Shown here: positions 1-9,530 of the stretch, one piece after another | Layout of the letters: the number at the start of each line of letters is the position of its first letter | How positions within the stretch are numbered: the first letter of the stretch is position 1 | Origin: Leptonemataceae bacterium | Lineage (GTDB): Bacteria; Spirochaetota; Leptospiria; Leptospirales; Leptonemataceae | Assembly (NCBI GenBank): GCA_965227295.1 | Contig: OZ245742.1 | Span: forward strand, 1,568,001 to 1,632,000 | Direction: 5' to 3' | DNA: 64,000 bases | Position numbers and translations under genes: made by a program | The notes under the pieces: generated by a model | Databases searched by the model: none | What the model saw: the letters and a program-made list of their open reading frames with translations, nothing else | What the model was told of the DNA's origin: nothing

Positions 1-2
1 GC

Positions 3-662
3 GAGGCCCTGGCCCGCTGGCTCGACGAACACGGCAAGCCCTACATCTCGCCGGCCATGTTTATTCCCGTGGCGGAAAACCTGGGGCTCATTTCCGACCT
101 GGGCGAACAGATCCTCGAGCAATCCCTGGATCTGCTGTCCCGGATCCGGGCGGATTCCGGCCGCAAGATCCAGCTGTCCGTGAATGTTTCGCGGCGGCAA
201 CTGTTCGATCCGTTCTTCGTGGACCGTGTCTGCCGCACCATCGAGAAGTATCGCATGGAGCCGGGCGACATTACCCTGGAGATCACCGAGAGCATTGCCA
301 TGCTGGAGGTGGACTTCGCCATTGAGCGGTTGCAGAAACTGCACGAGGTCGGCTTCGCCCTGTCCATCGACGATTTCGGCACCGGCTATTCCACGCTGTC
401 CCAGTTGCACGAGATGCCCGTGGACGAGCTGAAGGTCGACATGTCCTTCGTCCGCCGCATTGACACCTACGAGGGTCTCCAGGTGGTCCAGGCCATCACG
501 AACATGGGGCGCGCCCTGAACCTCGACGTCGTGGCCAAGGGCGTGGAAAGCATTGAGACCGCCCGCCGCCTCGAGGACATCGGCATCAACCTGCTCCAGG
601 GGAACCTGTTTTCGAAACCGGTCTCCGGCGAAGAATTCACCGCCCTTCTCGACGAAGCCTGA
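3..662 (+). CDS. EAL-domain (c-di-GMP phosphodiesterase-like) protein, 5'-truncated by the window edge; possibly degenerate
   Basis: The frame is open from base 3 and reads EALARW. It contains LSVNVS, LEITES, IDDFGTGYS and ELKVDMSF. The canonical VAEGVE reads VAKGVE. Confidence 0.92.
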   Translation, partial: EALARWLDEHGKPYISPAMFIPVAENLGLISDLGEQILEQSLDLLSRIRADSGRKIQLSVNVSRRQLFDPFFVDRVCRTIEKYRMEPGDITLEITESIAMLEVDFAIERLQKLHEVGFALSIDDFGTGYSTLSQLHEMPVDELKVDMSFVRRIDTYEGLQVVQAITNMGRALNLDVVAKGVESIETARRLEDIGINLLQGNLFSKPVSGEEFTALLDEA

Positions 663-920
663 CGTTTTTTCCGCCAAATTTCGCTCCCAACGCGTTCTCT
701 CGCACGTTTTTTGCCTGAGGTAAGCAGGTCGCGGGGGATTTCCCCAAAACCAGAGCGCAAGTTGCAGGTTGTGCCACGAAAGCGTACATGACTGCCTTAA
801 AAGCGGGCAGAGCGATTTGTGCAAAGCGTTACTCCTCTGGAAAAAACGCTTAAGATACTGGCAATTTGTGTTCGATAGGACAAGATAATAGTGCATCGCA
901 CCAAAAAAGAGTGGGCGGAT

Positions 921-935
921 ACAATACTGTATTGT
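921..935. promoter_or_regulatory. Palindrome ACAATAC-T-GTATTGT upstream of the PilZ gene; possible operator
   Basis: 7-bp perfect inverted repeat about 50 nt before the ATG at 986. Confidence 0.3.
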
Positions 936-985
936 TTCCTGGCCCGAGAGTCTGTTCATCGGAAAGCCTCAGCAGGAGGTCGAAT

Positions 986-1345
986 ATGAAAGTCGAGAGA
1001 TCCCGACCCAGAATTGCACCGAAAGATTTTGCCGATTATTCCGTACAGGTCACTTTAGAGGACCGCTATTTCACCGGAACCATGGGCAACATCTCGGAAG
1101 AAGGCATGTGTGTGCTGATTCCGGGCAATGTTGTCGTCAGTGATTCCGGCGGTATCGTCAAGGGCACAATCCAGAGCCGCCAGCTCGCGAGTTCCATCGG
1201 CTTCAACGGCTCCGTGGCCTGGGCCTCGGACGCGGCCGTGGCGAATCGCCCTCATACCCTGGTGGGCGTGAAGTTCGATCGTTCGGTAGAGCTGCCGGTA
1301 TCGTTAATTGCTCTTGGCATGTCAGCCATGCATTCCGACGATTGA
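986..1345 (+). CDS. Single-domain PilZ protein (c-di-GMP receptor)
   Basis: AGGAGGT RBS at 974-980. RxxxR motif (RSRPR) and (D/N)xSxxG motif (NISEEG); C-terminal VGVKF strand. Confidence 0.85.
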   Translation: MKVERSRPRIAPKDFADYSVQVTLEDRYFTGTMGNISEEGMCVLIPGNVVVSDSGGIVKGTIQSRQLASSIGFNGSVAWASDAAVANRPHTLVGVKFDRSVELPVSLIALGMSAMHSDD

Positions 1346-1348
1346 CGT

Positions 1349-1999
1349 GTGGCCGTAGAAAAAGAAGACCTTCAGGATCTTCGCAAAGATTATCGTAAGC
1401 ACCAGTTGACCGAAGAGGAAGCGGGCGGCGACCCGTTGGCCCTCTTCGGTCTGTGGTTTGAGGACGCCCTTTCGGCGGACCCCATTCACGCGAACGCGTT
1501 TGTCCTCGCCACCGCCGACGGGGACGGCCGGCCATCGGCCCGCGTGCTGTTGCTGAAAGGCTTTGATCCCGCGGGTTTCGTCTTCTACACGAACTATGAC
1601 AGCCGAAAAGGTTCGGAGCTCGCCGCGAACCCCTTCGCCGCCATGGTCTTCTGGTGGGAAAAACTGGAGCGCCAGGTGCGCATTGAGGGCCGGGTGGACC
1701 GCGTCGCCCGTTCCGAGTCGCTGGAGTATTTTCAATCTCGTCCGCGGGAATCCCGCATCGGCGCCCATGCCTCCCGGCAGAGTTCCGTAATTCCCGATCG
1801 ACGAATGTTAGAAGACCGCGTGCGCGAGTTGAACGAACTATATCCCGGCGAAGACGTGCCGTTGCCCGAGACCTGGGGCGGTTACCGCCTCGTTCCGGAC
1901 GCGATGGAATTCTGGCAGGGCCGTGCGAATCGTTTGCACGATCGGTTGCGATTTACGAAAGACGGCGACGCCTGGAAACGGTTGCGACTTTCGCCGTAG
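1349..1999 (+). CDS. pdxH: Pyridoxamine 5'-phosphate oxidase
   Basis: Motifs LRKDY, PSARVLLLK, FYTNYDSRKG, RQVRIEG, YFQSRPRESRIGA, WGGY, EFWQGRANRLHDR and RLSP. Confidence 0.98.
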   Translation: MAVEKEDLQDLRKDYRKHQLTEEEAGGDPLALFGLWFEDALSADPIHANAFVLATADGDGRPSARVLLLKGFDPAGFVFYTNYDSRKGSELAANPFAAMVFWWEKLERQVRIEGRVDRVARSESLEYFQSRPRESRIGAHASRQSSVIPDRRMLEDRVRELNELYPGEDVPLPETWGGYRLVPDAMEFWQGRANRLHDRLRFTKDGDAWKRLRLSP

Positions 2000-2009
2000 C
2001 GCGTTTCGA

Positions 2010-2321
2010 TTAGTCCCGGCTCAGGCTGTCTGCCATCGTCCGACTGATCTGTTCCATGAGTTGCTTGCGGTTCGCGCCGGTCAGGGGCGGTATCAGGCGT
2101 TGATTGACGATATGGGCAAAGCCGTGCACGAGAGACCAGGCCGCAATCACTGAAAAATCCGGTACGCCGTCCGTGAATTCCCCGCTTTCATAGCCGGTAT
2201 GAATGCAATCGGCCAGTTCCCGATAAGCCGCGTTCGCCGCCTGAAGTAATTCGGGATGATCGGGCAGTTTTTCGACCGGCAGGGCAAACATCAACCGATA
2301 GAGTTCCAGGTTGTCCGTGGC
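2010..2321 (-). pseudogene. C-terminal (WHG-like) remnant of a TetR-family regulator, HTH missing
   Basis: Reads ATDNLELYRLMF...AAWSLVHGFAHI, typical of the TetR C-terminal WHG domain. No HTH-coding sequence is recognisable upstream. Confidence 0.7.
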
Positions 2322-2647
2322 CTTGCATTCAACTGGGCGACCTGCGAGAGAACCAGGTTCACTTTCAACTGGACTCGAGCATGGGATACGGTTCCGGATA
2401 TAGTGATCGCGAGTACCGGAGTACCGTGATTGATTTTAAGGCCGATGTGAGCAGCTTTGCGCCTTTCGACCACTATCGATTGACGCAGAAATATCTCTAT
2501 GAACGCGGTCGTTTACAGGAAACCGTTCTGTTGTACAAACGCGGTGAAAACGGTGAAGAGTTGCCTTTCGCACGAATGGATGAGGACGCGCAGATTTTCG
2601 TTCATCGCGCGCTCAAGACTCATCCCACCGAATGGGCTGCGCAATAA
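2322..2647 (+). pseudogene. 3' remnant of a hypothetical protein gene
   Basis: A protein-like frame (CIQLGDLRENQVHFQLDSSMGYGSGY...WAAQ*) runs upstream past the ATG at 2381 with no RBS and abuts the TetR remnant back-to-back. Confidence 0.5.
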
Positions 2648-2658
2648 GCCGGTTCTGT

Positions 2659-3270
2659 TTAGTTGCGACAGAACAACAATCGATTTTCCACGGAACAGTC
2701 CCGCGGTTTATCGTTCTTGTTTTGTTCTTCGACGAGGATGCCTTCGCCGGTGTTGCCGTCGCGATCGAAGGTGCCTTTGAGTTCGGTTCCGTCGTTGAAT
2801 CGATACGTGCCGATTCCCTTCATCTTACCTTCCATGAACTCGCCGATGTACTTGTCGCCGTTCGAAAACGTGTAGGTACCGAAGCCGGTGCGCTGATTTT
2901 GTTCGAAGCCGCCGCGATACGTGTCGCCGTTCGCGTACTCGAATATGCCGCTGCCGTGACGCCGGCCGTTTTCGAAGGCGCCGCGATAGACGTCGCCGTT
3001 CTCGTAGACGTAGGTGCCCTTGCCGTTCATGCAGTTCCCTTCCACGCAACCGGTGCGTCCGGGGATCATGCTGAATTCTCGCTCGCCTTCCTTTTCTTCG
3101 GCCACGGTGGATTCCGTTTTCCCGGCGGTCTCGCTTTCGGCGGCAGGTTTCGCTTCTGCCGCGGCGGGTTGCGATTGTTTCTCCTGCTTTTGCTGAGGAG
3201 CGGAGGTGCAGGCGACTGCAGAAATGTAGAGAAGAAAGATTGCGAGTACTGGAAGGCGGCTCATTGGCAT
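2659..3270 (-). CDS. MORN-repeat lipoprotein
   Basis: Signal peptide ending ISAVAC (lipobox-like), low-complexity linker, GCVEGNC, then repeats of Y.NGD.Y.G.F.....G.G. Confidence 0.88.
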   Translation of the reverse strand: MPMSRLPVLAIFLLYISAVACTSAPQQKQEKQSQPAAAEAKPAAESETAGKTESTVAEEKEGEREFSMIPGRTGCVEGNCMNGKGTYVYENGDVYRGAFENGRRHGSGIFEYANGDTYRGGFEQNQRTGFGTYTFSNGDKYIGEFMEGKMKGIGTYRFNDGTELKGTFDRDGNTGEGILVEEQNKNDKPRDCSVENRLLFCRN

Positions 3271-3938
3271 TTCCCGGGCGTAATTATAGAAGCTTTACTA
3301 CTTACTATATTTTCGACGAATGATCGGCCGGGAATGCCTTCCCGATTGACTCTTTTTTGTAAAGATTGCGTCTTTTGGGACCGGCGAGGGGGATTATGTC
3401 CCCCGATTCGGCGTGGCAGGACTGTGATCTTCGGCTGCAGGCGCGGGCGGCCCGATCCTGCCCGGTAAGATTCTGCGGCGTCCGGGCGGCGTTTTTTCAA
3501 ATATTGAAGCGTCGTTTCGCGAATCGGCAACCCCGGCCGGTAATTCTTTGCAGGGATCTTCTTTCTGTCTCCGAAACCTCCAGCGCCAGTATCGGCCGGA
3601 TCGATGTAAATATGTTTCGCCCTTCCAGGAAGCCCGGTCCCAATGTCTTCGGAAACCCCGCTTCCGGTTCGTTCGCGATGAGCATGCTTACCTCGCGCGC
3701 CATGGGAACGTGAAATGTTCGAATGTCCGCGATTTCCGGGTGCCCGTCAATCTTCACAGTCTTACCGGATTCGTGCGCACAGGGCCGGCTTGCGTTCTCT
3801 AAGTTGCATTGAGTAAATGTTAGAAAAAATGTCCTCGTGCGCCGCCGGTTCCGGAAAATAACTTGAGGCTCTCCCGGGAAGTGGATTAAGCCTGTTCGCA
3901 CTGGTGTTGCCATGGGGCCGCCGGTGCGATCAGTCTGT

Positions 3939-6185
3939 ATGAGTACGCCTTCGGTTGTCGAACAAAAGCGAGATCATTACGTGCATCCCGCAGAGCACGT
4001 GTACGATCTGCTGCAAATCCTGGATTTGCGTTTGCAGATTCTACTGGAAGAGCTCCCCGATGATGAGGGCGATGCGTCGCCCAATGCGAGGGAGGTCTCC
4101 GGTTTATTCATTGCGCCGGCGGAAGTGCGGCGGTTGCTCGGACGCTCCTCGTTTCGTGAAGGCTCCGCGGCGAATGTCGCCGCGGCCCGGCAAACGCTCG
4201 AACAAAAGGAGCGCGAGATCGAGGAACGCCTCGTTGCGTCCCGGGAACTCAATTCGCATTCGGCCCTGGAAATCCTTGCGGGCATTTTCGGTCTTTCTAC
4301 GGAGGACTGTGACGTTGTTCTCACGTGTCTTGCGTACGTCCTCGACGCCCGCTACGAGAAAGTATTTGCTTTCATTAATAATGATTTAACGAAACCTTAT
4401 CCGACACCCTTGCTTGTTGCGACGATCTTCGGCTACGATGGGCAGCGTCGCGATCGCCTGCGTTCTTGTTTGCGTCCCGATGCGCCCCTCCTGCGCCGCA
4501 TGTTGTTGCGCGCGGATCGTAACGGCGCGTACGGCGAAGGCTCACCTTTCGGCCAACGATTGATGCTCGATGAGCGTGTTGCGGATTTCTTGCTCGGCAC
4601 GGCGCGCGTGGACGGTCGTGCGGCGGAGTATCTTACGTTTGCAAACGGTTCTGCCGCGGATTCGCCGGCCCCGCAGCAGTTGCAACGCGAACTGGATTTC
4701 CTCGCGGATTCTTTGCGCGAGTCCGAAAAGGCGGCGGAATCCGTGCGCCTGTGTTCGTTCTTCGGTGCGCCCGGTTCCGGACGGAGCCGCGCGGCGGCCG
4801 CGGTCTGTGAGGCCGTCGGCCTGCCGGCGTTGCAACTGAACATTCGTCGTCTGGTCGCTTCGGGGGAGGACGTTCGTGAAGCCTTGCGCCGTTCTTTCCG
4901 GGACGCATTGTTACTGCAGGCCGGTTTGATTATTCGCGAACCCGAGTTGTTGCGCTCAACGTTCGTCGAAGATCGTTATCTGTTCGAATTCCTGGAAGCC
5001 GAACTGGCCGTGACGCCGGGACTCTTTTTTATCTGCAGCGCCGGGCGTCTTGAGTGGAATCTTCCCGAGCACGTCGTCATCCGCGAAATCGAATTCGGTG
5101 TGCCGGATTTTGCCACGCGGCGCATGATCTGGGAGCAGCAGTTGAACGGCCGGACCGCAAAGGCGGCCGGCGCCCCGGAAGTGTTCGCGTCGCGCTTTCG
5201 TTTGACCGGCGGTCGCATCCGCCGGGCGATTCGAACGGCCGAAGCCTTCGCGCCTTCCGGAGAAAGCGATGTCTCGCAGCTCTCCGGGCTGGATCTTGCT
5301 TTTGAATCTGCGCTCTTTGAAGAATGTCGCAGCGGCAATAGCTTAAAGCTGGCCGAACTGGCGGTACGTCTGCGACCGAAGTTCGGTTGGGAAGACATTG
5401 TACTTCCGGCGGAACAGCGGAACGAGTTGCGGGATATCTGTACTCACGTTCGTTTTCGCGATCAGGTCTACGACAGCTGGGGGTTTGATGAAACTCTCGC
5501 CGCCGGGTCGGGTCTGAACGTGCTATTCTCCGGGCCGCCGGGGACCGGCAAGTCCATGGCCGCCGGCGTCATTGCGAAGGACCTCGGCCTCGAAATCTAT
5601 CGCATCGATCTTTCTTCGATGGTGAGCAAGTACGTCGGCGAGACGGAAAAGAATCTCTCGCGGATTTTCGATGAGGCGGCGAACTCCCAGGCCATTCTCT
5701 TCTTTGATGAAGCGGATGCGTTGTTCGGAAAACGCAGCGAGGTCAAGGACGCGCATGATCGTTACGCGAACATCGAGACCGGTTACCTTCTGCAAAAGAT
5801 GGAGGAGTTCGACGGCGTAACCATTCTCGCTTCGAACCTTTCGGAGAACCTGGACGACGCCTTTCTGCGGCGATTGCATTTTGTCGTGGACTTTCCCATG
5901 CCGGACGCGGCGGAGCGCGAACATATCTGGAAGCTGGCCTTTCCGGAGAACGCGCCCTTCCTCGAAGAGCCGGACTACGCCGATCTGTCCCGGCGTCTTA
6001 AGATCTCCGGGGCAAACATTAAGAATATTGCTCTGCACGCCGCGTTTTTCGCGGCCTCGGAGGGCCGCGGCATTCTCATGCGCGACGTAATTCAGGCCGC
6101 GCGCCGGGAGTATCGCAAAGAAGGCCGCCCGTTTTCCGGCGCCGAGGCCGGCAACTATCTCAGCCAGGAGGCTGCATCCAGATGA
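3939..6185 (+). CDS. eCIS AAA+ ATPase (Afp15/Pvc15-like); alternative start at 3912
   Basis: Degenerate first AAA module (GAPGSGRS), intact second module (GPPGTGKS; ILFFDEAD), plus SKYVGETEKNL and KDAHDRYAN. Confidence 0.93.
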   Translation: MSTPSVVEQKRDHYVHPAEHVYDLLQILDLRLQILLEELPDDEGDASPNAREVSGLFIAPAEVRRLLGRSSFREGSAANVAAARQTLEQKEREIEERLVASRELNSHSALEILAGIFGLSTEDCDVVLTCLAYVLDARYEKVFAFINNDLTKPYPTPLLVATIFGYDGQRRDRLRSCLRPDAPLLRRMLLRADRNGAYGEGSPFGQRLMLDERVADFLLGTARVDGRAAEYLTFANGSAADSPAPQQLQRELDFLADSLRESEKAAESVRLCSFFGAPGSGRSRAAAAVCEAVGLPALQLNIRRLVASGEDVREALRRSFRDALLLQAGLIIREPELLRSTFVEDRYLFEFLEAELAVTPGLFFICSAGRLEWNLPEHVVIREIEFGVPDFATRRMIWEQQLNGRTAKAAGAPEVFASRFRLTGGRIRRAIRTAEAFAPSGESDVSQLSGLDLAFESALFEECRSGNSLKLAELAVRLRPKFGWEDIVLPAEQRNELRDICTHVRFRDQVYDSWGFDETLAAGSGLNVLFSGPPGTGKSMAAGVIAKDLGLEIYRIDLSSMVSKYVGETEKNLSRIFDEAANSQAILFFDEADALFGKRSEVKDAHDRYANIETGYLLQKMEEFDGVTILASNLSENLDDAFLRRLHFVVDFPMPDAAEREHIWKLAFPENAPFLEEPDYADLSRRLKISGANIKNIALHAAFFAASEGRGILMRDVIQAARREYRKEGRPFSGAEAGNYLSQEAASR

Positions 6186-6757
6186 CTCTTACCCCCACGT
6201 ATACCGTGATCCGGGACGTCAGCGAGACGTTGCGCAAGCTTGTGCAGGGCAACGTCTCCGAACTTTCGGACATTACCCGGATCGTTTTCGATTCGCCGGC
6301 GGAGATTACCGCCGCGGCCACGCCGAAGCTGTCGCTCTTTCTGTACAAGGTGCGCTACAACAAATATTTGCGCACGAGCCCGCCGGTGCGTACGGGCCAC
6401 GATTCGCAACAGGCCGCTCCGCTGCAGTTGGATCTGATGTATCTCTTCTCTGCACATTCCACGAACATTGAAACGGAAATGATCATTATCGAGAAGATCC
6501 TCGCGTTGTTCTACGACAACCCGGTGCTGCGGGAGCCGGATCTGGAAGGTCAGCTTACGGATAACGGCAACGACGCGCTGCGCATCGTGCCCGATGATCT
6601 TTCCGTGGACGAGATTGAAAAGCTGTGGACCGCGTTTCCGAACAAGGCGTATCGCCTGGCTATTCCGTTTATCGTATCGCCCGTTTGTATTCCCTCCGGG
6701 CGCACCAGCACGGTCAAACCGGTCATCGAGCGGCAGCTCGGCATCGCGCAGACGTAA
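6182..6757 (+). CDS. DUF4255 / Afp16-Pvc16-like sheath cap/terminator
   Basis: Motifs IRDVSETLRKL, LSLFLY, PLQLDLMYLFS, FYDNPVL and LSVDEIEKLW. ATGA overlap with the ATPase gene. Confidence 0.88.
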   Translation: MTLTPTYTVIRDVSETLRKLVQGNVSELSDITRIVFDSPAEITAAATPKLSLFLYKVRYNKYLRTSPPVRTGHDSQQAAPLQLDLMYLFSAHSTNIETEMIIIEKILALFYDNPVLREPDLEGQLTDNGNDALRIVPDDLSVDEIEKLWTAFPNKAYRLAIPFIVSPVCIPSGRTSTVKPVIERQLGIAQT

Positions 6758-6774
6758 TTACGAGGAGCATTTGG

Positions 6775-7896
6775 ATGAGTATCAACGTAGCAAACGTATC
6801 TCTGAAAGTATCCATGGCCCTCGCGCCCGAGGACGAGGTGACGGCAAAGTTCCCCGCGCGGAGTTTGTATCTATACTTAACCGACTCGAACGGCAACGTA
6901 CTGCGGCATACGCCGGTCTTTCGTAAAGACGGTTATGTCCTCTTCACGGACCTCGCCGACGCGACGTACGGCATTAACGTCGACTCAAAGTACTACGGTC
7001 TCTTCGAAACACTAACGATCGACACATCCGCCGTGGATCCCATCAACGGCGCGACGACGGTTACGCTGGCGCCGCGCCCGCGTTATCCCTTCGCTTCCGA
7101 TGCTACGTTGCTGCGCGGTACGATCAGCGATTCGTACGGTCATCCCGTGCGAAACGCCCGCGTGGAAATCGAGGGCGGCGGTTTCGACGGAACGTTCGGT
7201 TATACGGACGCGGCCGGTGAGGTCGTGCTGTACTTCGATTCTTCGCCGCCTTCCTCGGTGGACCTGCGCATTTCGAAGGCGGGTTACGTTGATGAAACTC
7301 CGAACATCGCCGTCACTGAAAGTACGAGCACGAGCTTCGGTGATACGCTTACGAACGTCGGCGGCGCCAGTACTTCGGTGCTGATCGGTTATGTTCGTGA
7401 TGCGGACGGCGTGAATGTGACGCGGGCGACCGTGGAAGCGGTGGAGTGGTCGGAGAGTGTAGAGACCGACGCGTACGGTCGGTATCATCTTACGAACGAT
7501 CTTGCCGGTGCCTCGGAGAGCGTGGACCTGAAAGTCACGCATCCCGGAATCGATACGAAGACGGTCACGGTTACCGCAGAACAGGATACGACGACGAGTA
7601 CGAACATCGACGTCGTGCGAGCGGCGGACACGGACGACGTGGCGATCCTGGAGGTCGGCGTCATCGATTCCTCCGCGGCGGTGGACGACGTACTCCTGCA
7701 CATTCTGGAACGAGACGTAGCCGCATTTACCGCGGGCGGGGGCCTTGCACGTTTTTACTTTAGCGCGGCGGACAGTGCAAAGCCTGAAACGGTTTCGCTT
7801 TTTATCAACAAATCAGGGTATTTCGAGAGTATTCAATCCGTAAAGTTGCAGCGCGGCAATACGACGCAGGTTAAAGTGCGTATGCGCGAAAGCTAA
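6775..7896 (+). CDS. Multi-domain carboxypeptidase-regulatory-like (beta-sandwich) protein; putative cap partner
   Basis: GAGGAG RBS. L.P.P.YPF...ATLLRG motif, then repeated G.(V/I).D..G..V..A.V / TD..G / ISK.GY modules. No signal peptide. Confidence 0.75.
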   Translation: MSINVANVSLKVSMALAPEDEVTAKFPARSLYLYLTDSNGNVLRHTPVFRKDGYVLFTDLADATYGINVDSKYYGLFETLTIDTSAVDPINGATTVTLAPRPRYPFASDATLLRGTISDSYGHPVRNARVEIEGGGFDGTFGYTDAAGEVVLYFDSSPPSSVDLRISKAGYVDETPNIAVTESTSTSFGDTLTNVGGASTSVLIGYVRDADGVNVTRATVEAVEWSESVETDAYGRYHLTNDLAGASESVDLKVTHPGIDTKTVTVTAEQDTTTSTNIDVVRAADTDDVAILEVGVIDSSAAVDDVLLHILERDVAAFTAGGGLARFYFSAADSAKPETVSLFINKSGYFESIQSVKLQRGNTTQVKVRMRES

Positions 7897-7987
7897 TTGT
7901 TTTCGATTTAAGTTTAGTAAGTTTAATATTAAGGAGTTTGGAGTCGTAGAATTGTTTCGAAAGCTCCGGGCAGTTTAGGAGGGCAGA

Positions 7988-9499
7988 ATGCCGACATATC
8001 TATCACCAGGTGTGTATGTAGAAGAAGTGCCGGCCGGCACCCAGCCCATCGAGGGCGTGGGTACGTCCACGGGGGCTTTCGTAGGAATCGCAGACCGCGG
8101 TCCGGTCGACGAACCAAAGCTCATTACGAATTTCACGCAATACGTGGAAACGTTCGGGCGATACGGCGCGTCGGGGGATCCAGGTTTTCTGGCGCATTCC
8201 GTTTTTTCGTTTTTCGCTGAAGGCGGAACTCGTTGTTACGTCGTTCGTGTTTTGGGGCCGGCTGCCGCCGCGGCAACCGCGACTCCGCAGGAGACTTCCA
8301 CGGATTCTTTTACGATGACGGGGTTGATCAAGGGAGAATGGGGAAACCGTCTCAGCTACATGATCGAAGATCCGGGTACCGAGTCCGCGACCACTCACTT
8401 CAAGCTTACGATTCGCCATACCGAGAATATCGGCGGACGGCTCGTAAACACGGACGAGGTATACGACGACACGACTGCCACGACCGTAAACGCCGCTGTA
8501 AACGGGGTTTCGGCTCACGTATCGATCACTCTGGACAACGATGTTCGACCGGATAACACGAGTGACTTCGTCGCATTCACCGGCGGCGACAGTGACGAAA
8601 GCAACATCGATTTCATCGGCACCGTAGCCAGCGGCTCCGATCTCGGCACCGCGTTGCACGCTCTCGACCCCATCGATGAAGTCAATATTCTCGTCGTGCC
8701 GGATATTACGGACCGGGCTGATCATAGCGGCATTCTGAGTTGGTGCGAGCAGCGCGGTGACGTATTCGCCGTACTCGATACGCCGGCGGGCATCGATCCT
8801 TCGGCCGCGAAGGACTACAAGACGGCCTCGGGTTCGTACTCAGGTAATCCGTTCAACAGCGCCTACGGCGCATTGTACTACCCGCGGGTGTACGTCCGTG
8901 ATCCCAACGGCGGGGCGTCGCCGGTCTTGATTCCGTCTTCGGGTGCTGTTGCCGGTACTTACGCCAATACGGATGCGACTCGCGGTGTGTTTAAGGCTCC
9001 CGCAGGCACCGTGGATGGCGCACTGGCTTCCGTGGTCGGTCTCGAACGCCAGGTTACGATGGGCGAACACGACATCCTGAACCCGGAAGGCGTGAACGTA
9101 ATCCGCACATTCCCGTCTTCGGGCATTGTAATCTGGGGCGCGCGTACTCTTTCGGATCTCGCCGAAAACCGTTACGTTCCCGTGCGTCGTCTGCTGCTGT
9201 TCTTACAGGAGTCGCTCGACGAGGGCACGCAGTTCACCGTCTTCGAACCGAACGATCCGACGCTGTGGGGTAAGGTCCGCCGTACGTTGAACGCGTTCCT
9301 GACGCGAGTCTGGCGCGACGGCGCTCTCTTCGGCAACACGCCGGAAGAAGCGTTCTTCGTGAAGGTCGACGAAGAGAACAATCCGCCCGCCGTACGTGAC
9401 GCGGGTCAACTGATCGTCGAAGTGGGCGTCGCTCCCGTGAAACCCGCGGAATTCGTGATCATCCGCATCCAGCAGCAGTCCACGATTACGGGCAGCTGA
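7988..9499 (+). CDS. Contractile tail sheath protein (Afp2/3/4-like)
   Basis: MPTYLSPGVYVEEV, TGAFVG, ALYYP, RGVFKAPA, LNPEGVNVIR, IWGARTL, YVPVRR, VFEPND and APVKPAEFVIIR. AGGAGG RBS. Confidence 0.97.
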   Translation: MPTYLSPGVYVEEVPAGTQPIEGVGTSTGAFVGIADRGPVDEPKLITNFTQYVETFGRYGASGDPGFLAHSVFSFFAEGGTRCYVVRVLGPAAAAATATPQETSTDSFTMTGLIKGEWGNRLSYMIEDPGTESATTHFKLTIRHTENIGGRLVNTDEVYDDTTATTVNAAVNGVSAHVSITLDNDVRPDNTSDFVAFTGGDSDESNIDFIGTVASGSDLGTALHALDPIDEVNILVVPDITDRADHSGILSWCEQRGDVFAVLDTPAGIDPSAAKDYKTASGSYSGNPFNSAYGALYYPRVYVRDPNGGASPVLIPSSGAVAGTYANTDATRGVFKAPAGTVDGALASVVGLERQVTMGEHDILNPEGVNVIRTFPSSGIVIWGARTLSDLAENRYVPVRRLLLFLQESLDEGTQFTVFEPNDPTLWGKVRRTLNAFLTRVWRDGALFGNTPEEAFFVKVDEENNPPAVRDAGQLIVEVGVAPVKPAEFVIIRIQQQSTITGS

Positions 9500-9530
9500 A
9501 GGAAAGTTAGCAATTTAGGAGGCTTATAGA

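Noticed and set aside
760-780. Sigma54 promoter on the minus strand (TGGCACAACCTGCA)
   Set aside because: The GG-to-GC spacing is 8 nt rather than the required 10.
663-985. c-di-GMP-I riboswitch upstream of PilZ (contains AAAGAGTGGG)
   Set aside because: The flanking GGCAAAC/GCAAAGC elements and paired stems could not be found; an Infernal search would be needed.
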